From the NCBI RefSeq assembly GCF_009914755.1, contig NC_060941.1: a stretch of DNA of 64,000 bases; one strand, given 5' to 3'. Below the pieces are notes generated by a model, which saw nothing but the letters and a program-made list of their open reading frames with translations, was not told where the DNA came from and made no database searches. Below, one piece after another: positions 1-13,341 of the stretch. Both the position numbers and the translations under genes were made by a program. This DNA is from the human T2T-CHM13v2.0 reference genome, Homo sapiens. Within the stretch, counting starts at the first letter, position 1. Each line of letters begins with the position of its first letter.

Positions 1-28
1 TATATACACACACACACACACACACACA
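1..28. repeat. (TA)n(CA)n microsatellite
   Basis: tatatacacacaca... Confidence 0.95.
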
Positions 29-125
29 GTGAACAATAAATGAAATGAAAAAATAAATTATATAGTTTTTTGCCCTGATTTTTACTTAACATTATACCAT
101 GAACATTTTTTCTACCTGTAAGTTA

Positions 126-493
126 AGTATTAGTCCGTTTTCATGCTGCTGATAAAGACATAACTGAGGCTGGGTAATTTATAAATTTACAAAGAAAAAG
201 AGGTTTAATGGACTCAGAGTTCCACGCGGCTGGGGAGGCCTCATAATCATGATGGAAGGTGAAAGCCATGTCTTACATGGCAGCAGGCAAGACAGAATAA
301 GAGCCAAGCAAAAGGGGTTTCCCTTATAAAACCATCAGGCCTCGTGAGACTTATTCACTACCACGAGAACAGTATGGGGAAACCGCCCCCATAATTCAAT
401 TATCTCCCACTCCATCCCTCCCGCAACACATGGGAATTATGGGAGCCACAATTCAAGATGGAATTTGGGTGGGGACACAGCCAAACTATATCA
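126..493 (-). mobile_element. THE1 (MaLR) solo LTR, THE1B-like
   Basis: gtattagtccgttttcatgctgctgataaagac ... ggggacacagccaaactatatca is the reverse of the THE1 consensus. Confidence 0.9.
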
Positions 494-3400
494 ATTGTGA
501 TTGAAACTTAATTTTTAGTGGCTGCATAATATTCCATCCTGTGGGTGCAAGATACTTAAGCTAATTAATTCCCCAATGGTAGATATTTAGAGAGTCTCCT
601 ATTCGTCTCCATCATAAAATAAAATGAAGATGAATATTGATATTTAGATTCCTAGAAGAGGGATAGGAACAATTGCAATGTTTTTGGTCCAAACTGCAGA
701 TACCCCACAGAAAGTACCCATAGAATCACCCTTTTCTCAAGCCTTAATCACTGACTGAAGCCTTAATCACTGACCACCAGCCTGGGATGGCAGCTGGTGT
801 GTCCCTTATGGAGATCTGTGGCTGGAAGACACTGTCATGGCTGGAGGGGACACTTCTGGCCCCCATCCCTACTGGCTGGCACCTCCATGGCATACACTCT
901 TTCCTTCCCAGATGCTGCCTGCCTAGAAAACCACTCTTTCAAAGCTTTTTTTTTTCCATTAACGTCAAAGCTAGGAAATGGCTATTTAAGATGTTATTTT
1001 CTGTCATCCCAGGAACCAGGAAATTGGGGAGGTGGCATGAGCCTGGTCCTGCTTTATTTGTTCTGAAATACATGGAAATGCTCTCATTTCCTGGCCTCCC
1101 TTTCTCCTCACTCCTATCCCCGTCCCTACTTTCCAGGGCCTTTGGCTTTGTTTTGGGGGCCCTCCCCACACCATGTCACTGATGTCTGCCCTGTGCAGTG
1201 TGCCCTGTGGAAGGCGGCAGCTATTTGACCTCTCTTCCCTTGCAACCATCCAGAAACCTGCTGAGCTGGCGGCCACAGCAGCCACACTTCTCACGGGCTG
1301 AGCGTCCCGAAGTTCTCTAAGGAGCCGCTCGTGTGTAACACCATAGCCCATGTGAATCCGTGCTGACATCCGCACAGATGAACGGATCAGATGAGATTTA
1401 ATCTCCCTGAGGCCCATGGGCACGAGTCACTGGAGTTTTATGGGGTCCAGTAAAGAGCAAGGAAAAGTCCGGGTCTTACAAGGCTGTAATCGCCTCTTAG
1501 AAAGAGTCTCCCCTAACCACCTGGTGCCTTAGCCCTGCAGGGAGCTGTCCAGATGCTGACCCATTTAAGCGCAGCTTCCTCGGCCGCCTTCAGACCTTCC
1601 CCGCCAAGGTTTTTTCCTCCCTGTTCCTGATGTATTCTGCTCCATCTGGGGCTTTTATTGGGTGTCGTTTCCTTTACCACCCTATAACTTTCTCAGCAGT
1701 CAAAATGGAGAAGAGTCTTCATTTTGCTGATGGGAGCCCTGCCCTTGGAACTGTTTTATAAGCAATCATCCAGTTACTAAGGGGAAAAATGATGAGAGCA
1801 GAGGACGAACAGCTGGTCTTAGGGGAGCCAGAAGGGCAGCTGGGAGAACAGCCAGTGGGAATCCGAGCTGCTGCTTGGTGATCCGGCAGGGACGCGGATG
1901 GCTGTGTGAACTCTCCCAGGCTTCACACTCGGATGCATCCGGAACAGGAGACCGCACACTCTCAATGAGGAAGAGATAGGGTTCTTAGGAAGCCACATAT
2001 GAGCCCTGATGAGGCCCTTAGTGGGCTGTGGAGAGGAGAGGGACGCTAGCTGGGAGGGGCTGTGGGGAACAGCTCAGACCGAATTGAGAGGTGGTGGGAA
2101 AAGGAGGGATGTGGCGAGGGCTGAGTGAGGGGGGAAGGGAGAGGTAGGACCAATGTCCCTGCAGACTCCACCCCCACCCCCACACACAAAGTCAAGTCCA
2201 GGAGAAAAAGAGGGAAACACAGGACTGAGTTCATGAGCAAGCAGGAGCAGGTGAGTGAACAATCTCATCTGGAGGCTTAGCACACCCAAAAGCACAGCCC
2301 CACCTTCTAGGTCCCCACCAACCAGCTCGGACAGGAAGTGCCATTTGGTGGCCCAGCCTCCTGCGTGAAGCAGAATGGACAATCAGCCTCTTGCTTTCTG
2401 AAGCACAGTATTCCTTGGGCCTCCTTGCCAGCGACTGTCACCTCCGCCTTCCCTGTTTGCTCAGTCATCCAGGCTACATGGCTCTGACACAGCTCCCTGG
2501 GTCCCCTGCTGAGACCAACTTTTGCATGCTTAAGCCCTGACAGCTGGCCTAAAGATTCCAGCTGTTGTGCCCACTCACAGCATGGGTGATGCTGATGTGG
2601 ATGGAGCCTCAATGTGCCATTCTCCTTTGAGCACTAGAATTTGGCCATATGTAGGGCAAATTACCTTTTTAATCCTCCATAGCCTTATCTGGAAATAGGG
2701 GCTAGCAATTGTCCTAGCTCAGAGGGCTGTTGTGAAAATTAAATGTCTTAACACATGGTAAGCACTTAGCAGAGTGCGTGGCATGTAATTGATATTAGCT
2801 GTAGTGGGGATTAATATTATTATTATTAGCCAATAAATATTATTATTTATAGGGGCAACTCCACAGTGAGCTCAATTCTTCTTGCTCTGACCTTGACCAG
2901 GTTTTTCTGCCTACACCCCCTCCCAACTTCATGGGGCCCTCTTCCCTCTCCCCCAGCCTCCTGACATACACACGTATGCACACTCTGCACATTTTCAGAT
3001 ACTGCTCATTTCAAACTTGACCTGGATCTGCTGAGAAGCTCTGGTCTCCTCCATCCCCAACACGATTGAAGGTGCCTTGATCGGTCTCGTATTGATCAGT
3101 CTGGTATTGATCGTCCCACATCAGTGTTGATGACCACTTAGATCTGGAGTTTGGAATTCCATCTCTGCTCTACACTGGAAGCAACATCTGTTTGCTCAAA
3201 TAAACCAGTCCGTGTGTACTAGAAGATACATACAGCTCATGCTATGTGGCTGCCAGAGGTCAGTAAGGAATCTCTACTCCTCGTCATCACGTGGGAGTTC
3301 AGAGTGACAGAGTGCCATCTTGACAACTGTCTCCACAATCCCAAAGGCAGAGAGACGAGCATGGCAAAGCACTCAGTGATTCCGAAAGCTTCCACCTGGA

Positions 3401-4293
3401 AGTGACACATGTCACCACCTCCACCCCCAAGGGACCAGAAGGAGGCTGCCTGGCTGGAAGACATTTCCTCCTCCTAGACATAACTGGGCCTCTTCCTTGT
3501 CATCCACACAGGCACATTCTGCAAATAATGTGCACATGGATGTGTGTTTCTCATTAAGATCTAATGAGTGAAGCCATCAGATTTGTTCAGACTGGCCCAG
3601 GATTCAGAGAGAGAGCTGAGGTTTTATGAAACTCCCCTACCAATGGGGAATCCATGAATTATTAAAAGGATAGAAAAAGAGACCCAGGGTGGAAGGGCTG
3701 CTCCATTATTCATCAGGCCTGGAGTCCCCAAATCCCCAAGCACAGCTGTTGGCTTTTACACCTACAGCATTTTCCCATTATGTCTACAGTCAGCCTTTCA
3801 AACACGCCGTATTGGCAGCCTCCGAGCAGTGCTCCCGCCCACGTCACCCACTGCCTGTCTCATTATCTGAACCAGTCCGCGGCCCAACCGTGGGACACAG
3901 ATGTTGGTGTTGCTCACCCACCTTCACGTCCCAGGCTCCCTGATCACAGACCTGAGGGCCTGAGGGCCAAGCTCCTTACAAGAACTGGGAGCCTCTCCCA
4001 CTCTGGCCCCAGTTGTCTCTTCAGTTTTGTCTCCCTCCATTTCCCATGCCCACCCTACCTCAGACCATTTGCCTTTCCCTGAATGTAATTTCATATTCTC
4101 AGGCCTTCGTCTAGGATGACCCCTTTGCCTGAAACTCCCTTCCCAGCCCTCTGTCTACCTGGTGAATTTCTATTTATCATTTACGGCCAGATCAGAGGAA
4201 GGGAAACTAACTTTTGCTGAGAGCCCCCAATGTGTCAGACCCTTGTGCAAACATGATCTCGCTTTCGCAAACCAGTGAGGTTAGCGTTATCAC

Positions 4294-4453
4294 CAGCATC
4301 AGAGACATAATTTTATGGGGTCCGGTGCAACAATTAAGATGTAGCCCCTTGTTGAAAACTGATTAAGAATTTCGAGATGGCAAAATCAGATCATCAAACC
4401 AGGCACAGAGCTTTCCTAAGAGCAAGGCTTTGAGAACCATGAAGCCAGCTTTG
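4294..4453 (-). mobile_element. MER45A-like hAT DNA transposon inside a MIR
   Basis: Matches reverse MER45A (ccccttgttgaaaa..ttaagaatttc..catgaagccagc); imperfect 8-bp TSD gttatcac/gttatcga. Confidence 0.7.
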
Positions 4454-4536
4454 GTTATCGAGAAGTGAACGAAAGCTCAGAGAGGTTAAGTAACTTGTCC
4501 AAGGTCACACAGCTAGTTGGGGCAGAGCCACGTTGA

Positions 4537-4970
<434 letters not shown>

Positions 4971-6339
4971 ACTAGCTTCCCTTTTGAAGGGTGTTTTCTG
5001 CAACCAATTGATCTGTTATTTCTCCATAAGCATTGCAAGATGATCCAGAGAATAGGGTCACACAGATCAAAAAGGGGGCCTATCTAGGGGGCAAGTGGAC
5101 ATTCTGGGATTGTTCAATTAACCCACAAGGGAGGACATTCCCTCTTCCACCCACCCCTTTCCTCACACCCAACACCAGGCAGTCTGCTCACCCCCACTCC
5201 ATACACTTACTCTTCAATGGCTGGAGGACATGGCGACGGCCCGCAGAGGTGACCCACAGGGCATGGATCCCAGGCCAGCCTCTCTGGCCTTTGCTGGGAA
5301 AATGACCTGCAGACTTTGCAAAAGGCACATCTCCTGGGTGCTTTGCCCGTTTTCATCTTTTCATTTCATTGATCCAGCCACCTCTGAGGTTTTCTTTGGT
5401 GGTTTTCTCCTTGACAGCTTTAGTCTTGGGGAGATGTGTCCAACTTCCAGTCATTCATTCAGCAAATACAATGTGCCTACTATGCATCAGACTTTCTCCT
5501 TTTAAGGGGCTCCCAGCATAGTTAGGGAGATTGACAGTAAATTCATCATTGCCATACTGGTGAGAGCTGTGCAAGAGGCTCCTGGGCCCAGAGACGAAGA
5601 AGAAGAAATCCATTCTTGGATTTCCATCAGGGTATTCTGGGGGATAGAGAAGAACACTCTTGGGGTAGGTGGGAAAAGGGAGAAAAAGCGGAAAACTGCA
5701 TAGGCCTAAAATGCTGTGAATAGACACGTGGTGTATCCTTTCCAAAAACCTTCAGTTGTCCCAACTCCACCTGGCCCCATTCACATGTGACAAAGTCCTC
5801 CCATGTCAGGAGACCTCAGCAACATAGATGCTTCTATAAAAGTTTCTGCCCTACAGTTTTAAACTAATATGTTCACTGCTGATGTCTCATTATTTAGCAA
5901 CCAACTTTGCCCCCAAATATTTCCACATGCCACATCTTTGACCCCCTCTTGGTCTGCAGGGATTTTACAGGCCTTTGAGGGGAAGCTGCTGGTCTGTGAG
6001 CATCTGCACAAGTGTGCCGGACAAAGATATCGGTCAGGCTGCCATTTCAAAGCAATAAAAGATATGTGGCTATGCAGGCCAGGAAGAGTTAGCCCTTGGG
6101 TTCCCCTTCCAACCTGGCTGACCACACTGGCTCCAGCTGCCACTTTCAAATTAGTCATAGATTAACAAACATCTATTGAGCACCTATTGGGTGTCCAGGA
6201 CCCAGAGACTAAAGGAGACATAGAACCTAAGAAAGGAAGAAATGTTTTATTGTTAGTTGCCACCATTTATTGGACATATATTACCATTTTACAGTTAAGA
6301 GGGACAAACACTTTGCTTAAGGCCACACAGTACAAAAGC

Positions 6340-6603
6340 AGAGTGGGGCTTTAAAGGCTCAGATTCTGCACTTAGACAGGCCTGAGCTGCAGTCCTGGCT
6401 CTGCCATTTTCCAGCTGTGTGTCCTCAGACTCCTCACTTAAGCGCCCTGTGCCTCAGTCTTCTCATCTGTAAAATGGGATTCGTGTGAGAATTAAATGAC
6501 TTAATACATGTGAAGCTCATTGAACGCTTACACTAGTAAGTGCTCAATAAATACTAGCTGGCATTGTTGTTCTATCACCATCATCATCATCATCATCATC
6601 ATC
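6340..6603. mobile_element. MIR followed by (CAT)n repeat
   Basis: MIR core ctgtgcctcagtcttctcatctgtaaaatggg; catcatcat at ~6579-6603. Confidence 0.8.
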
Positions 6604-6789
6604 CTTATTTAAAAGCAGCAGCAACGGCAGAGGCTGCAGCCCCAGCTGCTGGAATTTGAAGGTGAGTCTGACTCCAGGCAGGGTCTCCCAGCCCTATGCG
6701 GACTCTGAAAGCCTCTCCTCTCCCACGCCGGCCCCCAACTCTTCACCTGCCACCCCCACAAGGGTGCTCACCCCAGAGGTGCTCACCTC

Positions 6790-7330
6790 CCGGGCTGGGA
6801 GACCGCATCTGACCGGTCCCAAACCCCGCCTGCAGCTGGCAGCGCCGGGGTGGGGAGGCCCCGCCCTCGGCCCCGCCCCCTGCCCGCCCCTCCCTCTCGG
6901 GGTCCGGGGCGCGAGCTGCGGCGGCGGCGGCCACGGTCATTGGCGCCGAGCGGTTCCGGCTGACTGGACGGGGCGGGCGTCCCGGGCAGCCTAGCGCGGT
7001 ACCTCCCGCCCCGCGCGCCCAGCCGGCGAGGGACATTGGACCAGGGTCGGGGGTCGCGGCCGCTCCAGCGAGGTAAGAGCCGGGAAGACCGGGAGAGACC
7101 ACCTCTTCCATCCTGGGGGGGTCCCTGGGGGACGGTCTCCCACCGGTGCTGGGCCGCGGCGCCGGGCTGCGCCCCCATGACAGCCCAGCCAGGGGCAGGG
7201 GCTGGAGAGCCCTAGCGATCGCGCACCCTGGAAGGGGCAGTGTGGTGGGGAGCGCGGGCGTGTGTATGCGCGTGTGCGTGTGTCTGTCTGTCCATCTGTC
7301 TGTCCCAAGGATGTATCGGGGGAGATGATG
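6790..7330. promoter_or_regulatory. CpG-island TATA-less promoter with clustered GC boxes
   Basis: Very high GC/CpG density; repeated CCCCGCCC (Sp/KLF) at ~6858-6895, GGGGCGGG at ~6970, reverse CCAAT (ATTGG) at 6939 and 7035, (GCG)n at ~6918-6930. Confidence 0.88.
6939..7072 (+). other. CACNG5: Non-coding first exon of CACNG5 (5' end approximate)
   Basis: Lies in the only strong CpG island, has a strong donor GAG|gtaaga at 7072/7073 and no ATG; exon 2 has a clear acceptor 103 nt upstream of the ATG, so an upstream exon is required. Confidence 0.8.
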
Positions 7331-10300
7331 ACGCCCCCTCTTTGCAGTCGCTTCTAGGCAGTTTACCCATGCCAAAGCTGAGGGCAGACTTTTCCACGAC
7401 GGACTTGAATGGGGCTGGCAGATTATTATCCGGATAATGCAGGAAGGGATAAGCCCACCACCACCTGTTGAGCTGGGCTGTCGGCCTATGCGGGTCCAAC
7501 TCCCCGCTTATCACAGCCTGCAGGGTGGCCTCATTTCTCCAGCTCGTGGGACCCGGGGCTTCCTTCTCCCGCCTGTGAGAAGGGTTGATAGGAGGAGGTG
7601 TCCCTGCCAGGAGCCACTGAGCAGAGATGGACTCGCGGGGGTGATCAGGGTGGTGCTATGGGGACCCCACCGCAGGTGCTGGGCGTGAGGTGTCAACCAC
7701 CCAGGCACACCCCAAATTTGGATTTCCCCAATCACTCCAAAACCTCTCATTGTGATTCCCCGATCTTTGCTCTCATCCTAATTTGGCAGTTGATGAAGAT
7801 GCAGCTCGTTAAAAATGTTAAAGTGAAATCAAATTATCACTTCCTAGGACTGAAAATGATTTGAGAAATAATTCCGGGAGCCTGGCTGGGGAGGAAAGAA
7901 GCTCATATTCTGACTAGCTTCTCCAGGGCTGCCCCGGGGCTGCCTCCGGTACCTGCCAGGCACGCCGGTGGTTAAGGAAGCCCTTGTTCCCAGAAAGGAA
8001 GGGATTCACCCACTTTGCACTGGATTATCAGTGACTGGGTTAGAGCAGGACCCAGGACAGGATCCCCAAGTGGGAGCTGTCTCAGTTTGACAGATGTCAC
8101 ATACAAGCTGTCACCGAGGCTGGCTTCTGCTCCACATCCATCCTGGGGAACACAAGATGGGGCTTCCCCTCCCAGCCACCTCACACCCATTCCCCTCATT
8201 TCCACAAACCTGAAGTCTTGATCAATTAACAGCCAGGATTGCCTGGGTGTGGGTGTGGGACCTTGATTGGCTCTGATGTCCTGGATTCAGAGTATCTCAG
8301 GACCACAGGCATCTCAGTGGCAGGTTGGTGGCACCTCTTTGCAGACCCTGTAGCCAGCCCCTCATGCCGAAGTCTCCTGCCTGCCTGAGAAGCCCTAGAT
8401 CTGCCTCACTTCTCTGCTAACGCAGCCCCTGGAGGTAGCTGGGGGACACCTCATCTCAGGGCCAGGTCCCCAGGGTGCCTAACAGGGTGAAATCTGTGCT
8501 TGTGCCTGAGACCTCCCCACCCCCAAACCTCCTCTCTCTTGTCATGTGGAAGGCAGTGGATGTGCTGAGGGGCTGGGTAGTCCAGTTCAACGGAAGAGAG
8601 AGGTGGCCCTGCTGTGGCTGGGGCTGTTGGTGATGTGAGAACCCCAGCATCCTGGCTGGCTGCACCCCAGGCCCCACAAGCCAACAGCACACTTGAGGGA
8701 GCTCAGCCATTCTCAGGCTTGTCAGCTGGGGCTCTGTGACTTGGTGCAGGGGGAGATTGGCTGAATTGTTCACGCTTGTTTGGAAGAGACTGGCCTTAGG
8801 TTGTTGTGGAAAACGTCGGCTCCAAACCCTGCTAGGTTCCTGACTGTGTGACACTGGCCAACTTACAGAATGCTTGGAGGCTCAGCCTCCTCACCTGTAA
8901 GATGGGTCTGGCAGGGGGTTTTGAGAATCAAGTAAGGTCATGAATGAATGACAGTGTCCATTTTACTGGAGGTGGTTCTGGGCTGGTGTTGTGGCCTCTG
9001 CTTTCTCTAGCCCCCAGCTTGACTCTCTGACATTGGACTTGAGGGAAGTGGCTGTGTAGCTAGGATCCCTCATGCCATCCTTAGAGGTGGGGGAAGAGGT
9101 GTGAATTTTAGTAGCAGGGTAGCTCACAGATTGAGCTTGGATTCCCAAAAAGTGAGGATGGAGGATGTAACCCAGTCTCCAGCAAACTCTGCCTCTGCAG
9201 GGAGCTGGCACTTCTGTCCCCAGCTTCTGCCCCGAGCCATTGGTGTCCTGGGCCCACCCCACACAGCCTTCTGGCTCACTGACACTTGGCACATGCCTGC
9301 TCTGTCATCTTCTTCTGAGTTTTGGGCCAGTCCTACTCCCTGGCAGAATTGGGACTAGCTACTTAAGACTTCAGGGGCACCAGGACAACCCCTGCCCACC
9401 AAATATCATCCTGTTCCCCCAAACCTAGCCATCTGATGCTTAATATCCCACCATTAGAGACTTATGACTGTGGTTCATAGTCTCATGTCAGTTACTAATC
9501 CTTAACATCAATGACTTGTTGAGAAGCTTTCAGGGCCTTGGAGAGGAGAGAAAGAGAAGGCAGAACAGAGAGGAGGGAAAGAGAAGCTTGGGGAGTGTAG
9601 GAGAGAGAACATTGTACTTTGCCAGCCTCATAGTTCTGCAGAGACAGGCCCAGCTGCTAAGCTCAAGAAGGCCCCAGGGAGAAGGAGAGGCTTGGGGCGA
9701 GGGGGAAGGGGCAGGCCTCAGGCAGAGAAAGTTGTGAATATCAAGTGGGAATTCTCGGTGTGAATACAGGGTGGGTGCCAGGCCTGTGTCTGGGTTGGGC
9801 TCCGGCAGCCTGTTCGAGAGGTGAAATAGTCCCTGATGCAAAAGCATCGTTTCTTTTCATGCTGCTCTACCCGCTGCTCAGAACACACCACGTGGGGTTT
9901 GGTGTGTTCTATGGGTGGTGCCCTCTGCATTAGAAGAGTCTGGCCTGGTCACGCTGGCTGTTTAAAATTGTCAATGATAATTTGTTAGGTCAGCAAAATG
10001 ACAGAGTATACCCTGCCTGGCTGTGCCTCCCTGAAAATTCCCCTGTCACTCCCCTCGCCCTTTCTTGAAAGAAGCAAAAATGGCATAATTCACTCAGACC
10101 CATGAGTTTCCTGGGCTGAGAGTGGCCTGGGGGGAGCAGAGTTCGGCTGGGATCACCCTGAAAAGGCCTGTGGAGGTGATTCCTTGCTCAGTTGTGCACA
10201 AGGTCCTGAGTTTTCCAGTGTGGGAGCAAGCAGAAGGGGGGACAGAGGGGTGAGAATTGAGAGTCCCTGCTCACGGCAGCCCATGGCCAGGCTCCTTGTG

Positions 10301-10649
10301 GGGAGGAGAAGGCTGGCATCACCTGGGCGCCCAGGGGGCTTGATGATGTGGACTGGTCCTGGCTGGTGAAGCCCCAGCAATGAGCAGTTTACTGCCTTTT
10401 CTGGATGCTCCAGGGGGCAGAGCCTGGACCAAAAGAAAGATGTTTTAAGTCAACAGTATGACCTATTGGCCATGAGCACCCAAGGGACCATCCTTAAGGA
10501 TGATTCTCGACCACATCTATTCTTAAATAATAATAACGATGACAACAATGATGATAGCAGCTCCTCAGTCTTCCATAATGAGCATTTATTGAGCACCTGC
10601 TATGCATGTGCTGGCTGCTGTTCTAAGTAATGGGGATACGACTGGAGTA

Positions 10650-11171
<522 letters not shown>

Positions 11172-12804
11172 GGGATACAGCTAGAAAGAAAGACAAAAAT
11201 CAATCCTGTTTCTTAGGAGCAAGCATTCCACAGAGCGAAATGAACAATACATATGCTGTAGGAGTAGAAAATGGAGGAGGCTGCGTGGTGAAGATGCTAG
11301 AAAGGTCAAGCAGGGTCAGGGTTTAGAGAGCACAGGTGAGGCAGGGTTGCCATTTTCGAAAGGAGCCCCAGGAAGGGCCTCACTGCACAGGTGACATTTA
11401 TCAGAGATGGGAAGGTGGGGAGAGAGCGAGAGGGGGAGGTCTGGGAAAGAGCTTCCAAGCAGCTGCAGGAAGAGAAAATGGAGGAACATGGAGGGGGTCA
11501 GTGAGTCTGGGGGCTGGGCAGTGTGGGAGCAGCTGGGTGGGCTCTGCTGGGCCCTGCATCACCGAGGGCTGTGAGCTTTCTCTGTGAGTAGAAAGGGGAG
11601 GTCAGTGAGCACTCACTACCTGCTAGGCACAAACGCCGCTCCAGGGCTGTTCCGCGCACGTGCACTGAAGTCCTGTCGGGTAAGTGTTATTCCTTTTCTT
11701 GATTGCTCAACTGAGAAAAGCAAGGCCCAGAAGGGTTAAGGAATTCAGGCAGCGCTGTTGGGGCATGAGTATGGGCAGCCCACTCTCTACTGTCCACACT
11801 AAAATGTGGACTTCGGAGCCACACAGAACTGAGTTCAAATCCCAGCACAGTCTCTTACTATCCGGGTGGCCTTAGACGAGCCACAGAATCTCTCTGGCCC
11901 TCAGTTTTCTCTGGCGACCGGTGATCTCCGCTTTGCGGGGCTTTTGTTGGGAGTGCTGTCCTCAGTGCCCCCTCACTGGCCCCCTCTCTGTGCACCCGTG
12001 CCAGAGAGAAGCCAGAGGGCAGGTGGCCCCCTCCCAATCCGCCCAGCCACGGGCATGTGCTCTGGACTTGTGTATCTATTCACCGAGCTGCAGCAATGCC
12101 ATCTGCTGAGGTCAAAGCCAATATCCCAGGAGGTCAGGGGAAGTTAAGCACTCCCTCTCCCAGAGCTGAGGAGGAGGTCTGGCCCTTTCAGAGTCAGCAT
12201 CTCCCGGGATCTTCAGGGCCAGTCTGCTGGGTTCCCTCTGATGATGCTGCCCCGGCTTCCCCAGGAAGCTAAGCCTGAACCCAAAGTTAAGGATCATGGT
12301 TGAGCAGGGGCAGCCAGCACAGGCTCCATTAGCAGGATTCTGCAGCCTCAGAACCCCTAAGACTTAAATCCAGAGAGCCTCAATGAACCCATCTGGCAGG
12401 TTCACATTATTGCAGAGGCACATGTCAGAGGCAGGTTCATCACTGGAAATGTGGGTTTTAAAAATACCCCAGAGTTGAAAAACGAGAAGCAGCTGCTGGT
12501 ATCCACAGACACCTCCCCAATAACTCTCACTGTCAAACCCCTCTGCTCCTCCTGTGTGGGGATGTCTTCCTTGGGGATGGACCGCAGTGACAGCGAGACC
12601 CCAGGAAGGAAGTTTCCTGGGACTGTCGGGCACACCGGTGTGTTGCTGTGTGCTCCAGATGTGTGAGGTCCCTCTCAGGAGGTGTGTGTGTTTGCCCTGT
12701 TTGATCCCTGAGTAAGTGGCTATCGGAGGTGGTGTGTCCTCCAGAGCCTGTGGCTTCTGATGATGATGGGATGTCACAGCCATATGACTTTGCTGGGCAG
12801 GCCC

Positions 12805-13254
12805 TGTGAACCTCAAATATCTGAGACAGGTCTCAGTTAATTTAGGAAGTTGATTTTGCCAAGGATGAGGACGTGTGCCAGTGACAGCCTCAGGAGGTTC
12901 TGACGACATGTGCCCAAGGTGGTTGGGGGCACAGCTTGGTTTTATATGTTTCAGGGAGACATGAGACACCAATCAATATATGTAAGATGTACATTGGTTC
13001 TGTCCAGAAAGGCAGGACAAATTGGAGCATGGAGGGGGCTTCCAGGTCACAGGTAGGTGAGAGACAGATGGTCACATTCATTTGAGTTTCTGATTGGCCG
13101 TTCCAAAAGAGGCAATCAGATATGCATCTATCTCAGTGAGCAGAGGGATGACATTGAATAGAATGGGAGGCAAGTTTGCCTTAAGCAGTTCCCAGCTTGA
13201 CTTTTCCCTTTAGCTTAGTGATTTGGGGCCCCCAAGATTTATTTTCCTTTCCCA
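12805..13254 (-). mobile_element. MER4A-type ERV1 solo LTR
   Basis: TG...CA ends, 4-bp TSD gccc/gccc, reverse of MER4A start (gaaaggaaaataaatcttgggg). Confidence 0.88.
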
Positions 13255-13326
13255 GCCCCATCCAGGAGAACATCCTCAAATGCCCACTGCTGGAATTGGC
13301 TCCTTCCACTCACCTGAAGATAACTT

Positions 13327-13341
13327 CCAGCAGGTGGCAGC
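13327..13341 (+). promoter_or_regulatory. CTCF-like motif
   Basis: CCAGCAGGTGGCAGC fits CCASYAGRKGGCRSY fully; occupancy unknown. Confidence 0.4.

Noticed and set aside
1541-1560. Reverse RE1-like ggagctgtccagatgctgac
   Set aside because: Half-site spacer is one nt too short and the GGTGCTGA half is mismatched.
6656-7514. Long overlapping ORFs (up to 210 aa) at the CpG island
   Set aside because: Stop-codon depletion from high GC; no homology recognised.
12364-12972. 202-aa minus-strand ORF
   Set aside because: Starts inside the MER4A LTR at a non-ATG codon, with no splice or domain support.
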